DNA from: Podarcis erhardii
Lineage: Eukaryota
NCBI GenBank assembly: GCA_964252035.1
Contig: OZ176204.1
Strand: one strand, 5' to 3'
DNA: 64,000 nucleotides
The notes under the pieces were generated by a model. The model was not told the origin of the DNA and searched no databases. It worked only from the letters and a program-made list of their open reading frames with translations. A program made the position numbers and the translations under genes. Positions 1-12,789 of the stretch are shown here, piece by piece; position 1 is the stretch's first letter, and each line of letters starts with the position of its first letter.

Positions 1-383
1 AGAGGGAGAAAGAGAGCGAGAAGTAAAATCTTCCACATATGAGACTATACTCAAAATGGTTTGGGCATATTAGTGAGCTGATATCCCAGAGATGATGGGA
101 ACACAAATAGTTGAGAGTTCAACATATGTCCTCAACCCATGGCAAAGGAAACACTTGCAGCATGCTTTTCACACGATCATATGTTCATGGCTGCCACACC
201 ACACTGAGACTAGGAAAATCCCATGTGGGGTTTTAGTGTGATGACCTCTTGAACAAATCAGTGTCAATTAATTAAGTACTTGTTCTGTAGGCCTACTCTC
301 CTTTCTCACTTCTCTTTCGTCTTTCTACTTCAATTCATTTTACATCCGTTCACCTATCTCACATGCTTTTCACAATTTCATAG

Positions 384-440
384 GTTTTCCGGAGAACAGA
401 AAACGCAGACCCCGTCCACCGGGTTTGAAAGACCAGCATG
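384..440 (+). CDS. KY: KY internal coding exon (57 nt, phase 1/1); upstream exons lie outside the window
   Basis: tttcatag|GTTTTCC...CAGCATG|gtaact; reads (G)FPENRKRRPRPPGLKDQH(A), resembling human KY RPRQPGGKDAHA; phase joins the 4395 exon (G+CT=Ala). Confidence 0.75.
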
Positions 441-1529
441 GTAACTATAGAGTTGTATTATACCATCGCTCCTACTCCTACTGTACAGATTTCACAGAGG
501 AAACAACAATATACAAAACAGGAAGCATCCTTTTAAGGAAAAAAATGCACACACAAAACAAATGGAGTTCAGAGCCAAGTTTGCATTCAGCACCCAAGGC
601 TGCCCATGTGGTGCTCCTTCCCACATGTTCGGCATTGGACAGTTTTTCTGTGCTGCCAGCTCTGTTATCTTCGAAGCGGTTTGGGAACTGACCTGACAGC
701 ACTTTCCATCTGTTTAGATGGCAATCCTCATGAGCAGCAGCAGAAGCAGCATTGTTGCCGCCCACATTTAAATCACATGGCTTTCCCCAAAGGACCCTGG
801 GAATTGTAGTTTATCTTACCCAGAGCTACAGCTCCCAGAAACCTTAACAAACCACAGGATTATTTGGGGGAAGTAATGTGCTTTAAAAGAATTGTGTATG
901 CAGCATATGGAACAAGGGGTGAGTCCTCTCTGATGACTCAAAGCAAGGATGCTGGTGCCGATGAGTTCCAGGAGGCTAAACTTACTAAGCTTTTGAAAAT
1001 GCCATCAATGCATTGGCAATTTGGCTGAGAAGGAAATCCTGCTCTCAGATTACACCTCCGCATTTCTTAGTTACAAATACAGCTGATTATTAGGGAGTGA
1101 ACGTATAAAGCACAGCAGCCATGGTGGAGATCAGCATCTGGCACCCTAGGCCACTGCCCCAGTGTTCCAGCAGGGTCCACCAGCACTTACACCTGCGTTG
1201 GACCCTCCACCTTGAGCATCTGGGCCTGTGAGCCTCCATTTTAATGTCCCACAGCACCCTGAAGTGAACACTCCGTTGCACGCCACCCCAGTCCCCAAGT
1301 GGTGTGAGTCCAGGTGCTTACCCAAGGTTTGTGTTTCCTTTGGAATGAGGCATGGCAGAGACTGTGGTGTCTTTATGATATGTGGTTTATTTGCCCATAT
1401 ATAAGCAACCTGAGCCTATGATGGAGAGGCTTCACAGCATTAACACCCCAAGAGGGCCTTGCTTCGCCGTTAGCCACAGCCTTTAATTCCTGCAGAAACC
1501 AAACATCTTTCTCTGCTTTGCCTCTAGTG

Positions 1530-1652
1530 TAAGGTTACTAGATTTTTTTCAATGAATCCGGGGACACTTTTCAACTTCAATTGATTTTGTATGGGGACTG
1601 ATTTGTAAATCCTGGGACTATCCCCGGGAAATGGGGACGTCTAGTTACCTTA
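1530..1652. mobile_element. hAT-type MITE
   Basis: TIRs taaggttactaga / tctagttacctta; perfect 8-bp TSD CTCTAGTG at 1522-1529 and 1653-1660. Confidence 0.85.
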
Positions 1653-4394
1653 CTCTAGTGTTTAGCTCACATCACCCAACTCTCGGCTTTCAACTCTGCC
1701 TTTGGCCTTCTAACTACCCACCCATTTGCTATCTCACACAAAGCCCTTTCCTTTGTTCTGTTTAATGGCCCATCACCAGGAATCTAGCCAGCTATTCCAA
1801 GAATTAGAAGGGGTTCAGGCATTCAGCCTACTCTCCGCCCCCAAAACCCACATAACAGCTACATGAAGTGCTCTAGAGCATTATGGTGAAATAAAATGGC
1901 ACTCTCTGGAGTGTTGTTTCTGTCACCACCGCCACCACTGCCAAGTACAGCTGAGGGAGCCCACCAGTGTAAGAGGGGCCCACAAGATGGTACTCTGCCC
2001 AGAAACCCCTCCAGCCTGGAGCCAGTCCTTGTGGAGATGCAACCTCACTTTGTTGATGGCAAGGTGTGTGCATCACCATAACCTGACCGCGCACAGCCCT
2101 TTTCGGAAGTTTGATGGGCAAGTGTTTTAGCTGAGCATGCTGCTTTTAAGATAGGTCTCCAATTAAACATTCAAAATTGGTATAGTCAGTGCCTGCCAAT
2201 GTTATTTGTGCTTAAATATTGCCTTGCTCCAGTTTGCACAGCATATTGGAGGCCTAGTACACAATTCTGGCTGCTAATGGTAACAGTGTGTGACTGTAAG
2301 AGTTATTGTGAATTCTGCAGCTGTAGGGAGCCTTTTCAGTTATAGCCTGACAAAGACTAAAACTGATCACCAATTTGAAGAAACTACCCGCTCCCAAATG
2401 GCAAAAAAGTAATTTTCTGAGCTGTATAGAGCAGGAACCTTTTAAGTGCGTAAATCTGCTTTAGCTCTCTTTAGGTCAGTGTAATAGCCCTCTTCAGCGA
2501 AAGGCCAGATAAACAAACAAGCCTGTTAAAGAGACAGATGCCTTGTGCTTGAGTGCTGGTTTGAGACAGACAGATGGCTGTTCGGTACATTAGGTGACAG
2601 CGCACACCCTCTTGCCTGTAGTTGCTCCATCACTAATCACAGTCTGGAAATGAGGTTGAACCAAGTCTGAGGAATAGTGAGACACACAGACTTCTGACAC
2701 TAGGCTTTTTTCAGCTGTGCCTGCCCATTCCCCAAAGGTCAGACACAGCAGAAAAGGTGTGTTGGGGAGGGAGACAGAGCAAGGGAGTTGTGTGCTACTT
2801 GGCTTTAAAATCATGAGAGGCGTGACGCAGTTAGACTACTTCTGGACATTGTTCCTGGGCCCATGAAGCTGCCAATTTGCAGTAGAGACTATTTAGCACC
2901 CAAGTGCATCAGCTGATGTATAGCTAATTCACACAACACAGCATAGATGGCTTGTGTTGGCTGTGCATCTATGAAGAGTCAACATAATGGCAATATCCAA
3001 ATCTGATCTTCTGCAAATCTGTCAGAATATTTGGGCCCAACCAGATGCCTCTGGGAAGCTCAGAAGCAGGGAATTGAGGCAATCAGCCTCTCCTACTGTG
3101 GCCTGTCATTCAGTGGCATTCTGCATATTTACCAAGAGGCAGTGGTGGCTGATGGGGCAGAAAGCAGGGAGGACAAGAACCAGAGCCCATTACAGGTGGA
3201 GCCAGAACCAACAAGAGGCAGAGGCAGCTATTTCTAGTTTTGTCTCCATCCTCCACCTTGCTGAATCCCAGGAGAGCAACACCGAGACGAAGGAAGAGGA
3301 AACTGACAGGCAGTACCACCCCCTGGACTGGCTGTAAATAAGGCAGTTAGGTGGGGCTGGCTGAGGGCAGACTGGGGTTGGTGCAGCAGTGCCCAATTTT
3401 GCCTAATGGAGCAGCTGCCCCTTGAGCCATGATGCCCAACAGCCATTGGCAGACCTATCCTGTAGTGGCCATCATGAACACAATCCTATGCATGCCTACT
3501 CAGATATAATATCTATTCAAATTGATTTAGTCCCAGGACATAGTGCATAGGATTTCAGGCATAGGCTGTTTACATGAAGCGATAGCCTGTGTAGGTAGGG
3601 ATGCACATGGTTGCATAGAGAAAATGTTTTTACAAAGCTGATCAGATCTGATTCCATCTTTCATTAATAATCTGTGTTCTGCATGTGTTGCAGCTGATGC
3701 AAATCTCCTCCATTGCTTTTGGTCCCTGCTTAGTCAGGAAACCTTTTGCCTCCCCTTTGTGCCTTAATGTTTATAAATTGGGAAGAGGTGCACAAAGCCA
3801 ATGCAATACAGGCAACTCCCCATTTACACAGGGGCTATGTTCTGAGGCACTGTGCGTTTACGTGAAACTGTATATATTGTATATATTGGGAACACCATTG
3901 AAAAAAACTGCAAACACCCTCCAAACCTCCAACTCTCCAAAGGTCTCAATGGTTGGCGCAAGGTTGGTGTGATCAAACCCAGCCCTCCTGCCCAGCATGA
4001 TATCAGTTGATTGACAAGTGGACGTGGTTTGGAAGACATGGCCTCACTGGCCAAAGTGGACCTCCTGCTAGAGCACAACTGGGACATAGGCTGGAGTTTC
4101 CTCATTCCTAGTTCATGTATAAACTTACCTGCTCAGTGCTCCATGCATCTGATGAAACAGGCTTTGGTCAAAGAAAGCTTATGCCACTATATATTTATTA
4201 GCCTTTTCAGTTGCTAGTGGACTTTTATTTATTTTTACATAATAAATGGAGGGAAACTTAAACTATTGTAAACCTTCCATGTGAAAACGACTTTAGTATA
4301 GATCTGGTTTATGCTTGCTAGAGCGTTTGTCCAGCTGAAATGTTTCTTCCTTTCCAGAATAATTATTACCGATGACATGTGTTTTTTCTCCTAG

Positions 4395-4477
4395 CTTACC
4401 CATGGGACAAGTCATGCTTGAAATCCATACCTTTTGACCTAAAGGATTTTGAGAAATTGGATGCATATGCAACAAAG
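4395..4477 (+). CDS. KY: KY exon (83 nt)
   Basis: ttctcctag|CTTACCC...ACAAAG|gtaaaa; (A)YPWDKSCLKSIPFDLKDFEKLDAYATK matches KY AYPWDRSSLKSM..DL..FEKLD. Confidence 0.93.
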
Positions 4478-5196
4478 GTAAAAACATAAATGGAGGTCAT
4501 GACATCATGAATTCAAACTCTGCTTCCCATCATTTCTAAAACTCCAGCACCAAATATATACTGCATATATTCTAGTAATTACACAATGGAATGCTTGTGG
4601 AATTTGGTTGTCTGAATGATCAGATATATCAGTTGAATTATTATTTTTTACAACACTGTGTGGAAAAAGCTACATGGCTGCTGGTAAATATGCTGAGAAG
4701 CCAATTGTGTGGTGAATTAAAAACCAGTCAGCAGAGTGTTAATTTAAATATTTTAAATAACAATAATAACCACTTTGGGGGAAAAAGATTACAGGAACTG
4801 GCCTTTAACATAAATTCATGATCCTTGGAATTGGGTTATTGACTGAGTTATCTATGCAGAATACTCTGCAATCATTATCACATTTTTGAGAAGTTATAAT
4901 ACAATTTGTTGAAGTCTGATGATTGCAGAGCCTGTTGCTCATATCAACTCCTTCAGACAACCTCTTCCACTTGAATAGCAGGCAAAACACAAACAGTCCT
5001 TTGAATTTCATTGGTGTATTCCTGAGGTGTCTTTCAGATTCTGCATCAAGAATACCCTTCCGCAATCATCTGAATGGAACTCTTCCCTTCTTACCCCAAG
5101 CTGCCTTAGACCAAGTATTGCCAGCCCTGACAGGAAGCAGTTCTCCATTTGAAAGAGACATTTCAAATTACTTGCTGCCTCACCCTTCTCCAACCT

Positions 5197-5312
5197 AGTG
5201 CTTTCCAGAAGTTGTGGACACCATCAGCCCCAAGAGAGTGTGGCCAATGATGAGGGGTGATGCGAATTGCAGTCCAACAACATCTGGAGGACCCTAGTCT
5301 GAGGAAGGCTGG
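5197..5312. mobile_element. Degenerate palindromic hAT MITE (URR1-like)
   Basis: ...gatgcgaattgcagtccaacaacatctgggagg..., similar to the intact copy at 22111. Confidence 0.55.
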
Positions 5313-6064
5313 TCCTTTGAACAGGAGATGTGAGGCATTGGGCCTGCAAAGCAAGTGCTCTACTACTGAATAATGATCCCTTTCCCTAGTAATTCCTCAG
5401 ATGATATTTCCCTGAGGAAGCAGTTCCAAATGTTTTGCTTTAGGCAAAATCTGAGGACAACCTTAAAAGCTGCTGAGAAACTCCACAAGTCTTATCAAAA
5501 TGTTGTTTGGCTTCCCTCAGATGTTTCACTTCAGGAGGAGCTCCAAAATTTGCTTCCAATTTCACTTTGGACAAAAATTTCACTGGCAACTCCATAAACA
5601 ACTTGCTAAATATTTCTCACAAAGACAGCATCAGCCCAGGATGAGGTGTCCGCTGAGTATGTGGCTTCCAGATCTTTTAGAACAGATAGAACACACTTTC
5701 ATTGGCTGGCAAAGGAAATTGTACAGTAACAGAATCTCATATTGGCCTGAGGGTTGAGCAGGTCTGGCTGACAACCATCATACCATGTGAAAGGAAACAG
5801 TTTAAATAGAATCTAGTTATAGAATAGTGTCTAAACGTATCTGAAGGGCATACGCAGGATAGGAGAGAGTAACCCTACCCAATAATATATTTGAAGCTTG
5901 TAAAAGACTTGCTTCTTAAAACACATCAAGCTGCCAAGAACAGCATGATGAAGCTGAGGAAAACCCTGTTCTGAGTGCCTTATGCCAGCCTGCTGACTAA
6001 TAGACAGGGCTTCTAAACAAACAAACAAACAGAAAATGGCTCCGTCCTGAGCCAAACTGTAACC

Positions 6065-6196
6065 CAGATGTAGGGAACCTTTGGCCACCCAGACATTGCT
6101 GAACTACAACTCTGCTTGTTGAACATGCCATATGACCAGAGATGGCGCGACCTGCAGTTCTGCAACCTCCAAAGGGCCACAGGTTCCCCACACCTG
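6065..6196. mobile_element. Degenerate palindromic hAT MITE (URR1-like)
   Basis: cag..tagggaacc ... ggttccccacacctg termini, internal gaactacaactc. Confidence 0.6.
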
Positions 6197-6372
6197 TAAG
6201 CTAATGTACTTTCTGTGAAACATAGCAGAGATTTTGTTGATGAAGTCAATGGCTCTGCCAAGTAGTGGACCCTAAGAGAGATCCTCTAATTTTTGTAGGA
6301 AGGCAGAAAAGGTAACCAACCTTCACAGTTGGTTTGAAATCACCGGTTATCCACTTTCTTCCTATAATAAAG

Positions 6373-6481
6373 GTGACCGCCAAGAGTACTGTGGAGGAGC
6401 TGGTGAAAACCTTGCTTCGCGTAGCACGTACCGACCTGGAAAAGGTTAGGGCCATTTGGACATGGATATGCCATCATATAG
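6373..6481 (+). CDS. KY: KY exon (109 nt)
   Basis: ataaag|GTGACC...CATATAG|gtaagc; VTAKSTVEELVKTLLRVARTDLEKVRAIWTWICHHI(E), KY motif DLERVRAIWIWICHHIEY. Confidence 0.95.
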
Positions 6482-7812
6482 GTAAGCAGAGGGTCCCATC
6501 ATTTCCTGGAACCTATGGATAATGCTGAACAGTTGCATGCCTTTTACTGTGGTTCTAGAACCCAGGTTACATATTGTGTTGACAACAGAGGGAGGGAGAA
6601 GGTCAAGAAAATGCATCAGGCCTGGAAAATCAGAATTTTAAGAAACTTTGAAATGTTTTTACCACCACTGTAAAAAGTGCTGTGTCAATAATCTTCTCAC
6701 TCATATACCTTTCAGAGAACTGTTCATTCCCAGAAAATACAGATGTAAAATATTGTCTTCCCTTGGGCCATTCTTTCCCAGTTCAAGTTTGGCGCAGCTG
6801 TGAAAATAGTGTTGTGACACCACAGAAGGCTCTTAGTACTATTTATGAAACAAATGACAGTTGATTCATACTAGATTGGGTTTGTATTGGTGCCTACAGC
6901 TTTTCTGCTGCAGGGAGGGAAAAGTAGCAATTTGGAATGGGAACTGGCCAAAGGAGAAAGGGTTGAACAGTTCTTCTCCCTTAGGATGTAATTCTACGGT
7001 CTCTGGGCAGAGAGGGAGGTCCTTCCTTGAAAACCCCCTCTCAGGCAGTGCAGGAAGAATTGTCACTGGGGCTTTCCAGCTGAGGTCCAGTGAGAGAAAG
7101 CACTGGAAAGGGGTGCACCAGTGGTGGGTCACTGTGGGATTTGAAGCTGCTAGATCCAAAACCCTCCCATTCTCCAACCAACACCCCAGCAACACAGGGA
7201 GGGAAAGTACATCAACCCACGGACTGGTGTACTGAAAAAGAAAAGAACCGCCCTCTCTTCCCTTTCTGTCCTACTGGTGAGAGCCTAGCAGGAATTTAGA
7301 TCTGGTGGTGCATCTATCCCTGGGGCAAAGCAGACTTCAGGCTGATCAGACCTCCTTTGATTCCCACCCCTGTTAGAATCTCAGTATCTACCAACCAGAG
7401 CCAGACACAAAAGACATCCCTATTACAATTAAAGAACAGGGTGACTCTGAGCACACTGAACTTAGTGCTAGGAGTTTGTTTTCAGCAGCAGAAGTTAACT
7501 GAATTCACAGTCCTTTTACACACTAAAGCATTTCTCCTGGTTAAGTTTCTTCATTTCAGAAGTCTAATTTGGATAGGAAAAGTTGTTTTGTTCTTGTTCT
7601 TTAACAACAGTGTGTCAGTATCCATTGCACATTACCAAGGGTTTCCACTGACAGGCTTCCTTAGGTGAATCCCACCCTACGTAAACATCTGTTGTACCTG
7701 TTGTATGTGAATATTTCCTGGTTACTTAGCGCAGGGCTGAATGACCCTTGTTTCACTTTGTCTATTTGTTTACTTTACACCTGTGGTTAAACTTTCAACC
7801 TTTGCTCCCCAG

Positions 7813-7930
7813 AATATGATATTGTGGGCTTCTTTAACAAAGACCAGCAGTCTTTCAAGCCCAAGGATGTTCTCCAGAGCGGAAAGAGCATTTGCGAGGG
7901 ATACGCTGGGCTCTTTGAACAAATGTGCAG
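7813..7930 (+). CDS. KY: KY exon (118 nt) with catalytic Cys
   Basis: ctccccag|AATATG...TGTGCAG|gtacat; YDIVGFFNKDQQSFKPKDVLQSGKSICEGYAGLFEQMC, CxGYAxLF transglutaminase-like motif. Confidence 0.95.
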
Positions 7931-8333
7931 GTACATGAAGATCAGAAATGTTCCCTTGCTCTGTTACCTATGCACCAGTTCTATCTCTCTTTACACCAAC
8001 TAGCATTTGAAGCACTGTTTTGAAGCTGTATTGTTGAACAGCAGCAAGTCCTAGAAAGGTCAATTTTGCTTTCCGCCCGTCCCCCCTCCATAATTTACTT
8101 TGTACCATCTGCTGAGGCTCGCATTGCATTAACATAATGGCAGATGAGTACATGGGGATAATTTAGTTAGAAGAGGCTCTCTGATTTTTCTGGAGCATCT
8201 GAAGGTTAAAAGAACATTAGGACTGAAGAATATAGACTACCCCATGCAGTTCCTCACATGCAAGAAATGGTGAATGGTGTGTCCCATACTGAACTTGGCC
8301 ACATCCTCTGCAAAGTGCCCCATACATCTAGCG

Positions 8334-8607
8334 CAGGAGCACCCCGGTGCAAAAACCTTTTCCGTCCAGGGGCCACATTCCTTTCTGGGGGACTTCCCAG
8401 GGGCCACAAGTCAGTGGTGAGTGAGAGGGCAGACTCTGGGCAGGATTCTTCTAAGTTGTGTGTGTGGCACTCATGCAACAGGACATTTCCTCCCCCTAAA
8501 GGGGACAGCAAGGCTGGTGAGGGGCATGGCCTGAGAAGATTCCCAAGGGCCAGTTAGAGAGGATTGGAGGGCCACGTTTGGCCTTCAGCCTGAAGTTTCC
8601 CACCCTG
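8334..8607. mobile_element. Old hAT (Charlie-like) non-autonomous element
   Basis: cagg...ggggccacattcc...ggagggccacgtttggcc...cccaccctg layout; TSD eroded. Confidence 0.45.
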
Positions 8608-9866
8608 AGTTAGAGGGATGGGATTTGGCTGTGCAAGCACTGTGATTAATTTCCACCTGACTGCTCACAAAAGAATGGCTACAAGACATACAAGTTGATT
8701 CCTTCACAAGAACTTTCCTGCTAGTTTCGTTTTATGAATTAAGGCTGGTGAGAATGCTTTTTTTTAAAAAAAAAAAAAAGGATGTTGTTAGAACTTCCTT
8801 GAAGACTTGGATTCCCATGCCACCCACTTTGTTACATCCAGACCTTAATCGAATCGAGAATAAATCAAGGTTTTCTTCCAATACATCTCTACCCATTGAG
8901 AAAAAACAGGTGCTTATGGAAGGAATTATGTCTATTTTTAATTGCAGCTTTGAGAGGTCTTCCAAGCCAAGCCCCTGGTGTCCACAAAAAGTTAACATCA
9001 ACATGATGAAATGTTGTGTTATCAGATATCATTTAACAATAGTAATTATCAACTCATCCAAATGTTCCCTTGTCAGGATCTAGCCCTGCTGGAAGCTAAT
9101 TGTGGGATATTGAAGCACTCACCGAAATGTTCATCCCATTGTAAGAAGGATGCTTATGGAAAACAGCATTTACATGCCTACTTGAATGCAGACACTGTGT
9201 ATCTTCACTGCATGTCTTCCAATGTGCTGTGGATTCCAATCTTTATCCATTCTGCAACAGCTAATCGTGGGCAACTACACATGGGTCAGGCTAGGTTAGC
9301 CACATCATGTTTTGATGAACACAAAGTCTGCCAGAGCAGCGTGACAAGCATTGTGGCTGCTTTGGCAATGGAGATGTATCCCATCTCTCTCCATTCTGCC
9401 TCACTGAATGGGCTGGGGCCAGTGGAAGACTTTTCTTAGCCCTCAGTGATGTTACATTGACTACTTGCTGCAGACATCATTGCATTCATTATGGCTGAGA
9501 TCACACAATGAAATCCTAAAATGGGACCATAAGTAGCCCATTGAGGGGTGCAGAACGGGTGCAGAAATACCACAAAAATCCATTAAGGTAGGAAGTCTCT
9601 ATAGGGTATTTTGCACCATTCGCAAACCTGAATATTGCCTAGTGTGCCTCAATAAAGCATGTAGCCCCTTCCTGTTAGACTGAGGCGGTACTATGTTCTG
9701 CCTTCAGTCAAATTATCCAACCTCATTTGTTTTCCTTTCTTAAGACATTGAAATCAACAGAGAATCCTGCCATCCTTTGTTGTTGTTTTTCCATCGCAAA
9801 CACTGTTGAAGAGGAAACTGAATCCAAATTCCCTTCTCTACCCCAAACCATTGCTCTGTCAAGTGT

Positions 9867-10378
9867 TGTTTAGTCGTTTAGTCATGTCCGACTCTTCATG
9901 ACCCCATGGACCAGAGCACACCAGACACTCCTGTCTTCCACTGCCTCCCACAGTTTGGTCAAACTCATGCTGGTAGCTTCAAGAACACTGTCCAACCATC
10001 TTGTCCTCTGTCGTCCCCTTCTCCTCGTGCCCTCCATCTCCTCGTGCCCTCCAACATCAGGGTCTTTTCCAGGGAGTCTTCTCTTCTCATGAGGTGGCCA
10101 AAGTATTGGAGCCTCAGCTTCACAATCTGTCCTTCCAGTGAGCACTCAGGGCTGATTTCCTTAAGAATGGATACGTTTGATCTTCTTGCAGTCCATGGGA
10201 CTCTCAAGAGTCTCCTCCAGCACCATAATTCAAAAGCATCGATTATTCGGCGATCAGCCTTCTTTATGGTCTAGCTCTCACTTCCATACATCACTACTGG
10301 GAAAACCATAGCTTTAACTATATGGACCTTTGTTGGCAAGGTGATGTCTCTGCTTTTTAAGATGCTGTCTAGGTTTGT
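9867..10378 (-). mobile_element. Bov-B (RTE clade) LINE, 5'-truncated 3' fragment
   Basis: - strand encodes AMTNLDSILKSRDITLPTKVHIVKAMVFPVVMYG and RVPWTARRSNVSILKEISPECSLEG...LQYFGHLMRR (Bov-B ORF C-terminus); 18-bp direct repeat CATTGCTCTGTCAAGTGT at 9849-9866 and 10379-10396. Confidence 0.93.
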
Positions 10379-11449
10379 CATTGCTCTGTCAAGTGTACCT
10401 CCAGCCAAAAACCTAATGCTTGGGGTGAGAGAGAAAGGAGCAGCTTTGCTATGTTTGTGCCTGCTGAGCAGGCAAAAGCTGACACATTTGTCTTTCATTT
10501 CTATTCTAGAGCAGAAACCTTTAGGGTACTTCCAAGCAATGGCTGTGATATTTCAAGATTAGCTAGCTTGTTGTTGCAGCAAGACTAGCACAACATAATA
10601 ATGGTGCACAACTGCTGTTGTAATGATCAGGGTGATAATCTTCATGTAGCAACAAGGTGCACTCTCAACCTTTCATTACCGTCTCGCTATGTATGTAGGC
10701 AATTTTCTTCAAGCTATACATTTAAGTGACACTGGATGGAGGGCATAACATTTCTAACTGAATAGGCTTAGGGGCAAGAGCATTCAATGTCGGGCCATGG
10801 AATTCGCCTCTCATGCCGAGATTTTGGCACCCTGTTAGGCGTTCAGGTCTCACATACAGTGTAACCTCCATGTTTGATCAGGAGTTGAAGATTCTGGTGG
10901 CAGCAGGGTCTCGCCTCCAACAGCTGCTTTGCTTGGCAAGCCTGCCGCAACTCTGGCTGCATTTGTGAGATGAACGACTTTTATGGAGGATAATAAATGC
11001 TGGGGAAAGCCTACCTTGCAGTCCTAATCATTACCACAAAAATGGCTTTGGAAACAAATGAGGTTGACAAGACACCATCCATCTCCATTGTTGATGTAAA
11101 TAATATAATTAACCAAGAATGCTTTTTAAAGCAATGCTGGATTGCCAGCTTGGCATATCAAGGAAGAGCCCGTCCAAAACTCCAAAGCCTTGCTGACTTG
11201 GGCAGCTGTCTGGGCTGGCAGCCCCACAGCTCGAAACAGCAAAGTTAATTGACTAAGGGCAGAACTAACTGGGTGAACAAAACACCATGCTGGCAGAGGG
11301 AAGTAGCAACATGCAGAAACGCTTCTATTTCAGCAGTTTAAATCAGGAATCATTGTTGCCTCTAGTGCTGGCCCAGCTATAGACATGATGAGGAAGAACC
11401 CGACCGTCAACCAAGTAACCATTTTCTCCTTTCATTGATTATATAGACT

Positions 11450-11950
11450 TGCCTTCTCTCCAGCCGTACCCTTTATCACTGGCAATTATCTCATTTCTCC
11501 ACACGCCTGGCTGAAACAACTCTTTCTCCCTTCATGCACTTTCCCTAAAGCCTTTCAAATTTTTGTTCTCAGCCACTTTTCTTCACATTGAAGTGACCAG
11601 CTCTGTCTACTGCAGTAGTACTGAAGGGAAGGTCATGCCATTCACGTAACACCATTGTAATTTGCACTGTTTTCCGGGCTATCTTCTATTCCCCTTTGAA
11701 ACACAGGCTAACATCTTATTTGCTTTTAATCATCTCCATGCACTGAGCAGATGCTTTCGCTGAACTGTCTGCAAGGATTGTATCACTGTCTGCAATCAAT
11801 TCCAATTGTTTCATTCAATCCAATGTTGCCACAAATTTAATTTCATCTACCATCACTCTGTTCAAGCTACTGGCTTTGTTAAGCGTCAAGGGAGCTCTTC
11901 ACAGCCCTCTCTAGCCACTCACTCCTAATTGATGAGTTGTTAACAGTAAA
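11450..11950 (-). mobile_element. Ancient CR1/L3-like LINE remnant
   Basis: - strand gives ANKMLACVSKG...LPLQYYC, resembling CR1 ANRILGCI..G...PHLEYCVQ; many stops; boundaries approximate. Confidence 0.35.
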
Positions 11951-12179
11951 AGGAAGGAACCTGGTTAGGCCATCTCTATAGGATTGTCCAGAATTATTAC
12001 GTGACTGGCTTGCTTGCTGCCTTTTTAAAACCAGAATATGCAATGCAACTTACAAAACTACCGACATAATACAAAGCAAGAGAAAGATGAAACACCAGCT
12101 AAAACCACAACACATTTCAGCAAAAACAAACACAGCAATGTAAAACAGCAGCGGGACACATGATAAAAGCAGACTTCAA

Positions 12180-12720
12180 CAAAAGTTCACATATGAGATC
12201 ATCGTCACTGCCTGCAGGCAGTGAGAGAACTATTATGTGCTTTGCTCAGGAGAAAGGTCCAAACCCTGAGTGCCACAGTTGAAAAGGCCCTTTCCTGGAT
12301 ACTGATGTGCCATTTCATACAGCAGTTATGAAACCCAAAAGAGGGCTTCTGCAATAGAATGACGGTCCCATGCTGGCTGAGATGGATGGATGTGATTTTG
12401 GAAATATTCTGGGTCCAACCTTGATAGGTCAAAGCAGTGCTTAAACTGAGCTGGGAAGCAAGCTGGTAACCAGTGATGCTGGAGAATGGACAATTCCTAT
12501 CAGAAAATTCACTGCCACATTCTGGATCAGTTGAAGCTTTAAGGCTGTATTCAAGAACAACCCCATGCACAGCCCTATAGTCATCTAACCTGGATGTAAC
12601 AAGTATAAACTAAGTCATTGTACTATGAGACTTGTGTGAATTCCTCAGAACTGGTCAAGACAGGACTCCAGTCAGGGCTGCAGCTTTGCTGGTGGAGCAG
12701 CCAGCTGGATTTTATGGGGC
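12180..12720 (-). mobile_element. L2-type LINE 3' remnant
   Basis: - strand fragments VTSRLDD..., LQLIQNVA and ERAFSTVALRVW resemble the L2 ORF2 C-terminus; boundaries approximate. Confidence 0.6.
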
Positions 12721-12789
12721 TGAACCTTTACAAGCAGAGCCAGCCTAGACTACATCCTCCTATGCCTGGTTTGGGGATGAAGAGGAGGA

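Noticed and set aside
2987-3337. 116-aa ORF with a good Kozak context inside the KY intron
   Set aside because: No recognisable homology and no splice sites linking it to KY in phase; an ORF of this length is expected by chance in 64 kb.
8254-8557. Overlapping 85-99 aa ORFs
   Set aside because: They coincide with a GC-rich old hAT element; no coding signature.
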